Of a DNA stretch of 64,000 nucleotides, positions 26,095 through 38,837 are shown one piece after another. The notes beneath the pieces were generated by a model. It was given only the letters and a program-made list of their open reading frames with translations, made no database searches and was not told the origin of the DNA. The translations under genes were made by a program, and so were the position numbers. This DNA comes from Heterodontus francisci (taxonomy: Eukaryota), in the NCBI RefSeq assembly GCF_036365525.1, contig NC_090416.1, positions 15,162,945 through 15,226,944 of the forward strand. The letters run 5' to 3'. Position 1 is the stretch's first letter. Each line of letters begins with the position of its first letter.

Positions 26095-26131
26095 TCCGTA
26101 AACTCAGGGCGGTCCCAGGTCCGAAGGTAAA
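26095..26131 (-). CDS. J segment, cluster B (FTFGPGTALSLR)
   Basis: FGxGT motif, GTAAGT donor, adjacent RSS. Confidence 0.96.
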
Positions 26132-26170
26132 CACAGTGCAGCATTTTAATGGGACGGGTCACCTAAAACC
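26132..26170 (+). other. 23-RSS of J-B
   Basis: CACAGTG, 23 bp, CCTAAAACC. Confidence 0.92.
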
Positions 26171-26485
26171 CAGGCTGGGAAGAAAGAGGGGAAAATATTA
26201 ATAATCTGTCCTTTATCACATTCCCTTTCACATTCTGTCTTTCACAGGGGCCGGAATGCTGACAGTCTGCAGAAAGATTTTCACATGTCAGTGAGGAAAC
26301 CCTGAGAATATCAGTGTTTACCTACCCAGCTAATAGTCCAAATATTGGGGAAAATCCAAATAAACCCATGGAATTCCGGTGAGATTTTCCACAAGTTACA
26401 TAAGGAATATTTCTGAAGCTCATTGCACAGTCTCAGGCAGGAATATTTCAGCAGCTGTTGGATTTCTGAGTGGTTCTGTTGGTGC

Positions 26486-26512
26486 AGTTTTTGTATTGCC
26501 TGTCTCACTGTG
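26486..26512 (-). other. RSS of V-B with an 11-bp spacer
   Basis: CACAGTG-AGACAGGCAAT-ACAAAAACT; one G fewer than the V-A spacer. Confidence 0.9.
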
Positions 26513-26841
26513 TATATAGCCTGCTGAGCTATCCCAGGTAGCACAGTAATAGACGGCGGCGTCTCCCGGTTCCAAGCTGCTGATGGTCAGAATGTGACTG
26601 TTACTGGAGGTGTCTCTGGAAGGTTGAAAACGGTCCGTGAAGCCGGTGCCTCGAAAGATATCATCATCTGTATCATGCCTTATCACCCACACCGGAGCCT
26701 CTCCGGGTCTCTGTCGGTACCAGTGCATGTTGTAACTGCCCACATTGCCGTTCTCCATCGCACACTTTAACTGGGAGGTCTCACCGGCGGAGACTGGGTC
26801 GGAAATTGGGGTCTGATTGAGGACAGGAACCGCCAGGACAC
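26513..26841 (-). CDS. Ig light-chain V exon, cluster B (germline, unrearranged)
   Basis: VPVLNQTPISDPVSAGETSQLKC...WYRQRPG...GDAAVYYCATWDSSAGYI; open frame with intact acceptor. Confidence 0.97.
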
Positions 26842-26982
26842 CTTCAACACAAATCACAAGAGAAAAAAAACACATTCAATGTATTGGAGTAAGTCGGTCA
26901 TTCATACATCAATAAACATGGCTGTAAAACCGGCCCATTCTCGGTATTTAACAGATAATCTGTGCCTAAAACAATCTCTCAC

Positions 26983-27031
26983 CTGTTAAGTGGAGCAGCA
27001 GGGCCCACAGGAGATGCATCACTGCAGCCAT
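26983..27031 (-). CDS. Leader exon, cluster B
   Basis: Same 49-nt exon and GT donor as the other copies. Confidence 0.95.
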
Positions 27032-27140
27032 TCCACCGGAAAAAGCGACAACAGCAACTGCCCAAATGTCTGCCTGAACCTGTTGGTGTAAACTGGGAGA
27101 GCGGCTCCGCTTCCAGTGTCTGTAAAAGGAGATTCCGAGT

Positions 27141-27164
27141 CTATTTATTGCCCGTTATGCAAAT
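27141..27164 (-). promoter_or_regulatory. Octamer/TATA-like V promoter, cluster B
   Basis: ATGCAAAT at 27157-27164, retained despite nearby substitutions. Confidence 0.88.
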
Positions 27165-28859
27165 GAGTGGGAGGGGCAAGAAAAGCCTTGGCGGCAGATT
27201 CATCTTTCAAGATTGGGTTTAAAATCTATTTGTGATTGATTAAAGTATTGTTAAAATCTTAACCTTTGCTTTGCCAATGTTTAATTGGAAATTGGAGTTT
27301 GCGTTGCGGGAAGGTTCCAATATCTGAAGATTTTTTGCCTTTAATAACTATTTAGTCTGTCACTCCCCCAGAATCAGGAGGTGCGGGTTGTTGAGATACC
27401 GATTAACGGATTGACTTTGCCCTCAATCACGGGGGTATCACGCTGTTAAACTCTAATCAAAACAGAAAGTGCAATTTCAGATTTCCAGCATCTGCAGTAT
27501 TTTGTTTTATTTAATGTTAAACTCTGAAATCCTGCTACACATTTTAAAATGTTCCATTCCCCTAAAATACCCATTTCAGAACAGGCTGACACCCGTTTCT
27601 CTCAGTCAGCAGCAAGACAAACCTACATTTATCTCTCCCTTTTTAACATTTCACCTCACATGCGATTTGGTCTTCAGTCTGTAAATAAATCTCGGATGAA
27701 AATACTCCTGAGGTGGAGGAAAGGACTCATTAGATAAACGGGAAAGGGTGAGGATGATGAGGGACATTATAGACCCTGCTCCAGTTCACAGTGAAGTTGT
27801 TATATTACAGCCTGAGTCACTCCTTCTAAAACACAGCAGGACAAATAAAACTTGCCACAGTATTATTAACTGATACTTTGGCTTTAAATTGCTTCTGGTC
27901 CGATTAAGATCCCCTTTTAAACCCTGTTACAAGTGGATTAGCGGCAGGGTCAGGATCTGTGATGTTGAAAACTTTAAATCTGTTTGGTGTAAATCCCTTA
28001 CTCCCCACATTGAGTCTCGGCCCGCGTTTTTTAACAGACAGAGCGAATCAGGTTTGTATCAGTTACTTGAGAGCGAAGGGAAAATGCATTAAATTGTTGA
28101 TAAGTGGGTTGGCTGGAGATATGAACTTGAAAGGAAAAATTATTTTTGTTAAATAATGATGTAACTATGAAGTGAGTTATCAGTGTAGTTAGAAAATCAC
28201 TGAGAGCGGCGGGAAGAATTGACGCTCCCGGGAGCATCCCAGTGAATTTAGACAGAGATAGGTTCCCACATGGACAAGGAGCTTTTCAGTGAAGATCAGA
28301 CGCTTGTTTCTACGCTTGAACTGATCTGTTAACATTATTTAAGGGGCTGAGGTGCTCAGACTGAAGCTTCTCTCTCAGCCTTGGACTGGGACCGAGTGCT
28401 TTCTTACTGCTGACACCGACACTTCCAGACTGGACAACCAATCACGGCAGAGCACAGCTCACACCGGGCACTGCACCAGGGGCAGTATTTGTTACCAATC
28501 CCTAATTGCCCTTGACAATTGAATGTCTTGTTGGGCTATTTCAGCGGGTAGTTAATAGTCAACCACATTGCTGCGGGTCTGGAGTCACATGTAGGCCAGA
28601 CCGAGTAAGGATGGTTGATTTCTTTCCCTAAAGGACATCAGAGAACCAGATGATATTTTCCAACAATAAATGAAACTTTCATGACACCATTACTGAGACT
28701 AGCTTTCAATTCCAGATTTTTATTTAGTAAATGTAAACTCCACCAGAAGCTGTGGTGCAATTTGAACCCATGCCCCAATGCATTAGCCTGGGCCACTGGA
28801 TTATTAGTCCATTGACATTACCAATTTTGCCACCGCCTCCTCCAACTGCAAAGCCACTT

Positions 28860-30200
28860 ATAAGGTTGGCAGTCCTCAAAGTGGAAAAGTCACCAGCTCC
28901 GGATGGGATTCATCCTCAATTGCTGAGGGAAGTAAGGGTGGACATGACGGAGGCTCTGGTCACAATCCTCCAATGGCCCTTGAAAATAACTGGAGGCAAA
29001 TCTTACACCGCTGTTTAAAGAAAAGAGAGAGAGATAAACCCAGCAACCTACAGGCCAGTGACCCTAATGTCATTGCTGGGGAAACGTTTAGAGGCCATAA
29101 TAATCTGGGGCAAAATTAATTGACATTTGGAAATATGCGGGCAAGTAGTCAGCACGGATTTTATGTTTGAGAAACCTGATCGAGTTTTTTCATGAAGTAA
29201 GAGAGAGGATTGATGAGGCCAGAGTGCATGCTGCTGTGCATGAGGACATTTAAAAGGCATTTGACAAAATATCACATAATAGACTTAATGGTAAATTGTA
29301 GGATTAAAGGGACAGTGGCAGCATGGATAGAAAGTCAGAAAGGAACAGAAATCAGAGAGTGGTGGTGAATGGTTGTTTCTTAGCCTGAAGGGAGGTATAC
29401 AGTGGTGTTCCCCTGGGATCGGTATGTTTCATCACATCAATGACCTAAAATTGGATACACAGGGAATAACTTTTCAGATGATATAAAACTTGGAAATATA
29501 GTCAATGATGAGACAGACAATCTTAAACTTCAAGAAGACAAAGACAGACTGGTGAAATAGACACGTGGCAGATGAAATCTAACAGGTTGAGATCCTTGCC
29601 TTTGTTGTCAGAGAAGTCGACGACAAAAGGAAGGAAGTTATGCTAAACCTTTATAGAACACTGTTTAGGCCTCAACTGGAGTTCTGTGTTCAATTCTGGG
29701 GACGGCAATTTCGGTAAGACATGAAGGCCTTGGAGGGCGTGTGGAGGAGATTTACTGGAATGGTCTCAGGGGTGAGGGAATTCAGTTAATGTGGTGAGAC
29801 TGGAGAAGCAGGGATTGTTCTCTTTCGAGCAGAGAAGGTTGAGGGGAGAGAGAATAGAGGGCTTCAAAGTCATGACGGGTTTTGACAGATAAAGAAAATC
29901 TGTCTGCAGTAACAGACAACTGGTATCCAGAGAACTAGATGTAAGGTGAATGACACAAGAACCAGAGGTGGAAAGAGGATCTTTTATGTTACCCAGTGTG
30001 CTGTTGTGATCTGCAATGCACAACCTGAAAGGGAGGTGGAGGTGGAATCAAAAGCAACAGTGGAAACAGAATTGGATAAATACTTGAAGAAAAAATAATA
30101 CAGGGCTACGGGGAAAGAGCAGGGACAGGAGATTATTTGATAAATCTGCCAAAGAGTCAGCATGGACTCTTTTCTGTGCCATATCATTCTATGATCCTAT
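28860..30200 (+). mobile_element. CR1-clade LINE fragment with intact 3' tail
   Basis: Homologous to 1935-2931 but continues to a CATTCTATGATCCTATG CR1-type terminal repeat (~30185-30201). Confidence 0.8.
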
Positions 30201-30347
30201 GCTTCTATTACATCAATCCCAGTCACGATCAGCAGGGTGTCCTCCTCGCGCAAATTTTGGGATAAATAAACAATCTGGCCAGGAGCAGTGGCATCACCAT
30301 ATCCAGCTCAATGACTCTCAGAGTTCCTTGTCATATGATACATGGTC

Positions 30348-30597
30348 AACAGTGCCACCTACTGTAGAGGGAATACCTGGGAACAGTGCCACCTACTGTC
30401 GAGGTAGCTCCTGCGAACAGTGCCACCTCCTGTCTAGGGAATACCTGGTAACAGTGCCACCTACTGTCGAGGTAGCACCTGCGAACAGTGCCACCAACTG
30501 TCGAGGGAATACCTGCGAACAGTGCCACCTACTGTAGAGGGAATACCTGGGAACAGTGCCACCTACTGTCGTGGGAGTACGTGGGAACAGTGCCAAC
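30348..30597 (+). repeat. Mini-array of ~7.3 copies of the 34-bp satellite
   Basis: AACAGTGCC recurs at 30348, 30382, 30416, 30450, 30484, 30518, 30552 and 30586. Confidence 0.95.
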
Positions 30598-32789
30598 TGC
30601 TCGTTTTATTTATGTCTGAGCTCTCCAAGGTTCGCAGGAGTCTATTCAACCTCTATGTGCTGCACGATATCAGAGTTATGTTAATTAGCGCATCAATTCC
30701 TCATCATGTATCTCCCACCCACTGCTTCAGAGATTCGATATCAGCACTGATGGGCCCACTCTTATCCAGGCACGACGTCCACACTCAGTTCCTGGCTTTG
30801 GACTGGAGATGTTGTACGAGATGATTTTGTGGATTTAACAGTGAATGTGGCACCGTCATTGCACCCTGCACCTGATGACGTCCGGTGGCATTCGGCCCAT
30901 TGCCTACGTGCCATCTCTGTGCAACAGCTCTCCCCTTAGTCCCCATTCCCCAACCTCTTCAAATTTTCACCTTTCAAATAATTACCCATTTCCTTTTTCA
31001 AACCTATTCTGGATTCTGTTTCTGCTGAGACAGTGCATGACCATTAACCCTCTGTGTAAGCGATATTCGCCTGGCCTCTCTCTCAGTTCTTGTCGGGATG
31101 ATCTTAAGTTAATAGTGACTCATCAACTGGTGCAAACATCTCTGAAGAGAGAGAGATTGATGATAAAAAGCTCGGTGGAAAAGTAAGCTGTGAGGAGGAG
31201 ATAGAGAGGCTGTAAAGGAGATAGACTGGTTAAGTGAGTGGTTAGGAAAGTCGCAGATGGTATATAAAGTGGGAAAATGTGAAATTATCCACGATGGTAA
31301 GAAGAATAGAAAAGTAGAATATTTTTTAAATGGCGAGGGACTGGGAAATGTTGGTATTCCAAGGGATTTGGGTGTCCTTGTACCCAAATCACAGACAGTT
31401 AACATGCAGGTACAACAAGCAATGAGGAAATCAAATGGTATTGTTAGCCTTCATTGCAATGGAGGTGGAGTAGAAGATCAAGGACATCTTTCTGCAATTC
31501 TACAGAGCTTTAGTGAGCCCACACCTGGAGAACTGTGTACAGGTTTGGTCTCCATACCTAAGGAAGGACATAATTGCATTCGAGGGAGTAGAATGAAGGT
31601 TCACGAGATTGATTCCTGGGGTGAAAGGCTTGTCTTATGAGCAGAGATTGAGTAGAATGGGTCAATATTCTCGAGAGTTTAGCAGAATGAGAGATGATCA
31701 CATTGAAACATATAAAATTAACAGGGTAGATGTTAAGAGGCTGTTTTCCCCTGGCTGTAGAGTCTAGAACTAGGGGGTCACAGTCTCAGGATAAGGGCTC
31801 GGCCATTTAGGGCTGAGATGAGAAGACATTTCTTCACTCAGAGGGTTGTGAATCTTTCGAATTCTATACCCTAGAAAGCTGTGGGATGCTCAGTCATTGA
31901 GTATATTCAACACAGAGATCAATATATTAATGGATGCTGAGGGAGTCAGGGATATGGGAAACGGGCGGGAAAGTGGAATTGAGGCAGAACATCAGCCATG
32001 ATTGTATTAAATGTGGAAGAGGCTCGAGGGGCCGAATGTCCTATTATTTATTCTTATGTGTGAAAGTTAAGAAGTGGGTGTGAAATCCAGAAAAGAGCTT
32101 TATTGATTTAAAAGCTACTGTAGGACATCAAACATTTATTCATCCAGTCAAATCCACAATGTTGATGATTCACATGGCTGAATAGCCAGATTCCAGACTG
32201 CATCTGAGAACGGTACTGAAAGCACCTCAGCTCAGGCCCGCGTCATCTGTCTACAGGGGACCTGGGCGGTGTTCTGAAAGCCTTATTTTAGATCCTGATA
32301 CCAAAATCGATGCTGTTTTTGTCTTGTTTGTGATGTGGTGCAGGTGGTGTGATCACTCGCTGCAGGGGGTGGGAGAGGAGCCCCGGGGAGGAACCGAAAC
32401 CTCCCTGTTCACTGTCTGATAAGCAGCAGAGAGCAGCAGCATCTGGGCCCAGTTCCCCTGCTCTGAAACAAACAGAAACAGGACGGAAATCTCAGAAACA
32501 CCGTTAAACGCTCACATTCTTGGACACGTCACACATTTGCAACAACACAACCCATTATCCGGACTGGGCCCCTCAGAAGAACTGAACTGAACTCCTGCTT
32601 TAAAACACTCCTTTAATCGTAAATCTTTCACCGAGCTTTTGGTCACCTTTCCCAATATCTCCTTATCTGGCTCAGTGGCAAATGTTGTCCTGTGAAACGC
32701 CTTGGGACGTTTTACTAAGTTAAAGGTGCTATGTAAATGCAAGGGTGACACATGTGCTCTCAGCACTGACCCACACAAGGTTAAGAAAG

Positions 32790-35700
32790 TTTAAGAAGTC
32801 CTTGCAATTGAACAACAGGTTTGATGTTCTTGAGCTTGTATGGACAAGAGCAAGGCCTGTATTGTGGATGAGCAGACTGACCATGGCACCATGGTACAGG
32901 AAGCCTTTCAAACGGGGGTGCAAAAGGGACAATAGTGGTATTAGGGAACAGTATAGTGAGGGGCATTGACACTCTTCCCTGCAGCAAAGAACGAGAATCC
33001 AGAAGGCTGTGTGGCCTGCCCAGAGCCAGGGTTTAGGACATCTGCTCAGGGCTGGAGAGGAACTTACAATGGCAGGGCGAGGATCCAGTTGTCGTGGTTC
33101 ATGTAGGTACCAATGACATAGGCAGGACCAGCAAAGACGTTCTGCAAAGTCAGTATGAGGAGATTGGCACCAAATTAAGAAGCAGAACCTCAAAGGTAAT
33201 AATCTCTGGATTATTACCTGAGCCAGTGCAGACTGGAGTAGGGTAAATAAGATTAGAGAAATGAAGGCGTGTGTTTGAAGTAGGTTCTGATTCATTGGAC
33301 ACTGCCACCAGTACTGGGGAAAGTGGTGTCTGTACCGTTGGGACAATTTACACCTCAACCGTGCTGGGACCAGTGTTCTCGCGAGTCTCATAACTGGGGA
33401 AATAGAGAGGGTTTTAAACTAAATAGTGGGGGAAGTATATCAAATTTGGGAAGATGTGGTAAATCAGAGAGTAGTGACAAGGCAAGAGAGAAAGGTATTA
33501 ATATGGGAAAAGATAAACAGACCGTGACAGGAAGTGACAGTGAGTACAAATCTAAGAGTAAATCAGCAGACAAAGTCAGAGGTAACAAAAATCATAAAAG
33601 ACAAATAACAAAGGTTCTGTATCTAAATGCACGTAGCATTCAAACAAAACAGATGAACTGATAAAGCAAATAAAAATGAATAAGTAGAATCTGATAGCCA
33701 TTACAGAGACATGGCTGCAGGATGACATAGATTGGGATCTGAATATTGAAGGGTACCTGACATTCTAAGAAGGGCAGGAAGCTCAGAAAAGGTGGAGGGG
33801 TGGCTCTGTTAATTAATGATGATATTAGCACAACAGAGAGGGATGATCTGTGTTCAGGAAATCAGGATGTAGAAGCGGTTTGGATCGAGATAAAAAATGA
33901 TAAAGGCAAGAAGTTCACTTGTGGAAGTGGTGTGCAGGCTCCCTAACAGAACCCACATGGTCGGACGGAGTATAAATGAAGAAATAATGGGAGCTTGTCA
34001 GAAAGGTACAGCAATCATCATGGGGGATTTTAATCAATATATAGACTGGAAAAATCAGATGGGCAAAGGTAGCCTTGATGAGGAGTTCATATAATGTTTT
34101 CGTAATAGTTTCTTGCAACAGCACGTTCTGGAGCCAACCAGAGAGCAGGTTATACTAAACCTGCTATTGTGTAACGTGATAGGATTAATTCATGACCTCA
34201 CAGAAGACAGGCCTAGGCAGCACTGATCATAATAGGATTGAATTTAACATTTAATTTGATGGAGAGAAGAATTGATCAAAGACAAGCATTTGAAACTTAA
34301 ATAAGGGACATTATGAGGGCATGAAAGCAGAGATAGCAAAAGTGAACAGGCAAAATAGGTTAAGGGATGGGTCAATAGAGATACAGTGGCAAAAATTTGA
34401 GGGGATATTTCAGAATACACAGCTTAGATACATTCCAACAAGAAAGAAAAATTCCAATAACCATTAGTTGTTAGCTAAAAAAGTTCAAGATAGTACCAAA
34501 CTTAAAGAAAAAAACATATAATTGTGCAAAGATGGGTGGCAGTTCAGAAGATTGGACACAATATAAAAAACATCAAAGAACGACTAAAAGATTAATAATT
34601 AGGGTGATATTCGAGTACGAAAAAAAGCTCGCTAGAAATATAAAAACAGATAGTAAGAGTTTCTGTAGATGTTTTAGAAAGCAAAGGGTTAACAAAGTGA
34701 GCGTTGGTTCGATAGCAAGTGAGTCTGGGGAATTAATAATGGAAAATAAGGAGATAGCAGGTGAATTGAACAAGTATTTTGCATCGGTCTTAACCATAGA
34801 GGATACAAGTGGCATCCCAGAAATAGCTGCAAATCAGGAAATGGAAGGGAGAGAAGTATCCAAAAAAATTACAACCACCAGGGAAGTGGTACTGAGCAAA
34901 TTGTTGGAGCTGCGGGCTGACAAGTCTCTGGGTCCTGATGGACTTCATCCTAGGGTCTTAAAAGAAGTGGCTAGTGAGATAGTTGTTGCGTTGGTTTTAA
35001 TTTTCCAAAATTCCCTAGATTTGGGCCGGGTTCCATTTGATTGTGAAATGGCCAATGTAACTCCTATATTCAGAAAGGGAGAGAGACAGAAAGCGGGAAA
35101 CCACAGGTCAGTTAGCTTAACATCTGTCTTAGGGAAAATGTGAGAAACGATAATTAAAGATGTTATAGCAGGGCATTTAGAAAAATTCAAAGTAATCAGG
35201 CAGAGTCAACATAGTTTTACGAAAGGGAAATCATGTTTAACCAGTTTATTGGAGTCAATTCTTTGAGGGAGTCACATGTGCTGCGGATAAAGGGGATCTG
35301 GTGGATGTATTGTTCTTAGATTTCCTGAAGCCATTTGATAAGGTGCCACATCAAAGGTTATTGCAGCAAATAAAAGCTCATAGTGTCATGGATAGAAGAT
35401 TGGCGAGCTAACAGGAAACTGAGAGTAGGCATAAATGGGATCATTTTCTGGTTGGCAGGATGTAATGAATGGTGGGCCACAGGAATCAGTTCTGGGGCCC
35501 CAATTTTTGTCAATTTATATAAATGGCTTGGATGAAGGGGCCGAAGTTATGATTGCTAACTTTGCTGATGACTCAAAGATAGGTGAGAACATAAGTTGTG
35601 AAGAGGACATAAGGAGCTACAAAGGGATATAGCTGGTTCAGTTAGTGGGCAAAACTCTGGCAAATGGAGTACAATGTGGGAAAATGGGAATTTGTTCATT

Positions 35701-36450
35701 TTAGTAGGAAGAATAAAACAGAAGCATATTATCGAAATGGTGAGAGATTGCAGAGCTCTGAGATGCAGAGGGATGTAGGTGTACTAGTGCATGTCTCGCA
35801 AAAGCTTAGTTTGCAGGTACAGCAATAACATGTTACTGTTTATTGCAAAGGGAATTGAATAACAAGTAAGGAGTTCATGTTGCAGTTATATCGGGCATTG
35901 TTGAGACCACATCTGAAGTACTGTGTATTGTTTTGGTCTCCTTATTTAAGGAAGGATGTAACTGCATTGGAAGCAGTTCAAGAAGATTAACTAGTCTAAT
36001 ACCTGGAATTGGCAGTTTGTCTTCTCAGGAAACCTTAAACAGCCTTGGCTTGTATCCACTTCAGTTTAGAAGAGTAAGAGGTGAAACATATAAGAGGGAT
36101 CTTGAAAGGGTGGTTGTGGAAAGGATGATTCCCCTTGTGAGACAATCTAGAACTAGGGGACACTATTTATAGATAAGGGATCGCCCTTTTAAGACTGGGA
36201 TGAGGAGAATTTTTCTGTCTCAGAGGGTTGTGAGTCTTTGGAATTCTCTTCCTCAAAAGGCGGTGGAAGCAGAGGCACTGTATGAGTTTAAGGCAGAGGG
36301 AGATAGATTCTTGATAAGCAGGGAATGAAAGGTGATCGGGAGGAGGCCAGAATGTAGAGTTGAGGTTACAATCAGATCATCCATGACCTTCTTGAATGAC
36401 GCAACAGGCTTGAGGGGCCGACTGGCCAACTCCTGCTCCGTATTCGTATA
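32790..36450 (+). mobile_element. Long degenerate CR1-clade LINE, unit 3 copy (more complete)
   Basis: LQLNNRFDVL (ORF1), LYLNARSI (APE start) and DKSLGPDGLHPRVLKE (ORF2). Confidence 0.9.
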
Positions 36451-38316
36451 TTTGGAAATCAAACATTCTGGTGATGAGCTGAGCTCAGAATAATCCTCAT
36501 CTTTCACCATCATGGAGGCAGTAGCCACAAGAGAACGATTAATAATCCTTACTCACCAATACACTTACATAACCCAGTGCACACAGTGCTTTGGGAATAA
36601 CCTCCATTATACTCACAGGCAAACCTATGTAATTAGCAGGTTGCGCATTGCGCCCCTGCTTCAGTGCGTTCATGGTACACAGGATTGTTACGTCATGACG
36701 CCGGGTTAATATGTAAATACGCTCGTGGTCACTCACACTAATCGCCTCCCACCACCATCCCTGCACATGCTCAGTGGCGACACTCCATGTCTCCAGTTCT
36801 GAGGTCATTTCGCAGACATGATTAAACATATTCAGATTCCTCACTTCCTTATCCAGCAGCAGGGGAGCAGGAGTAGATCCAAAGTGGATTTTCCCACACT
36901 CCCCCACATTGAGCGACACCTGTCACATTTCAGTCTACTCACAACCTGGATAGACCCGCTTTGTACTTACTGCTCACATCCGACACACATTACTGTGTCT
37001 CCTAACATAACACCGCCTACAAACCTGGATATAAAACACCCGATTCCTTCACCTGAGTCACTAATAAATATGATGGAAGGATTGAGGCCCCAGCACAGAT
37101 CACTGGAGAACCCCACGTGCCACATCCGGACAACCTGAGACCTCCTATTTATCCCCACTCCCTGTCTCCTGCCTCTCAGCCAATTTCCAACCCAAATCGA
37201 AAGGCTGCCTCCAATTCCATGCAGTGTCAAATTTGACAATAACCTTTCGTGTAGAAACTGATTAATGCCTTCTGGGAGACCATCCGAATAACATTTATGG
37301 ACACTCCTTTGCCTTTGAATAGTGACAGCCTCAAGAGATGTAACTATATTATTCAGACATGATTTAACTTTAATAAAGCCGTGTTCGCCCCACTGCTCAA
37401 TTTATATTTGCATAAGTGTTGACTCACTCTATCCCTAATGACAGAGATTCCCCACAACTGATGTTATACTGACAGGCCGGTAGTTACCTGGTTCCACTCT
37501 CCCACCCTTCTTAAATTATCCAATATCTGACGTACTGTGTACAGTTCTGGACAACCTATCCCAGAAAGTGAATATTGGATGACGTGGAGACATACCAGAA
37601 TGTAACCAGGGATCCAAGTGTTAAATTATGAGGAGCGAGGACATAATCACGGCTTGTATTGCTGGAATATGGAATGTTAAAGGCCGATTTGATTGAGATT
37701 TGTAGGATTTTGAAAAGGATTGATAGGGTACATTGAGAGAAACTACTCCTCCAGTAGGGAGCGATGTCCTGAACAAGGAGACATGTTTTAAAATTATTAA
37801 CTCCAATGGGGAATTCAGGAGAAACCTCTTTACCCAGAGAGTGGTGAGAATGTGGAACTCACTACACGGGGAGTGGTTGAGGGAAATAGCAGAGATCAGT
37901 GTTTCTGTCCTGTAATTACATATAATGTTGTCTGGGCAGTAAACTATACTCTCAGTCCCCTCAAAGTTCCTTAAAGTGTTGAATAAAGTTGGACCAGCAT
38001 TTCACCTTTATTAAGAGCTGTATGACACAAGTTCCCAAACACAACACGGTCACCGACTAAAGGGGAATCCGTTCCCATTTTACACACAGCGAAAGTTTAC
38101 ACACAGGAAATTGGGGACAATTCTACAGGAAATTCCATGTCACAGAGTCAGACAATCATTTCACCCGCTTCTGATATTATTCAACATTCGGGTTGTCCGC
38201 CAAAAACTGACATTGCTACAGTGATTACATTGCAAAACAACAAAAAAAGAGGATTCCACATATTGAATAATGTTTCATCAGCAATAAATCAAACTCTAAA
38301 CCCCAGTTGCCCCCTC

Positions 38317-38652
38317 TCAGTCGGAACAAGCGGTGGAGCTGATGGTTTTGAGGAGAGGTGAGCTCAGAGAGCCGTGGTCCACACTGCAGGTATAGCTGGA
38401 GCCCTTATTCCAGGCAGTGGTGGGGACTCTCAGGTAACTGCTCAGGCTGTAGGTTTGATCACTGTCCGTGGACACGGTGCCTGTGGTCACCCCGCTGTCT
38501 GTCTCTTTATCATCCACTCTCCAGAGAACCCGCATGAAACCCGGCTGAAAGCGGCTCACCAGGCAGGACAGAGTAGCCCATCCGGAGTCTATTTCTTCCG
38601 AGGAAGGAGGGAGGAGGGAGCAGGAGAACTGATGGTTTCCGATCCTCACTAC
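38317..38652 (-). pseudogene. Frameshifted Ig light-chain constant exon (cluster C)
   Basis: 336 nt versus 329 nt because of a 7-bp duplication (GGAGGGA on +, ~38606-38619). The spliced frame reads SEDRKPSVLLLPPPSFLGRNRLR... and stops at 38510; no J or V upstream within the window. Confidence 0.88.
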
Positions 38653-38837
38653 CTGTTTGTGAGGGAAAAGAAAATTCATTAATATATAACCCGTTAGCAG
38701 TGGACATTTTGACCTGAAATCTGATTGGAAGCACTGTAAACTCTCCTGATCCACTTTAACTTTAAAATGAATTACTGATCCACTCAGGAGTTCCAAAAAA
38801 TTCTCAGATCTCTAGTTGCTGAGCTAATCTGCCAATT

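Larger units (their letters stand above)
13456..26911. repeat. Tandem duplication unit 2 (same LINE/SINE content as unit 1)
   Basis: No differences from unit 1 seen in the first ~5 kb, ~99% identical to ~26.35 kb, then ~90%. Confidence 0.97.
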
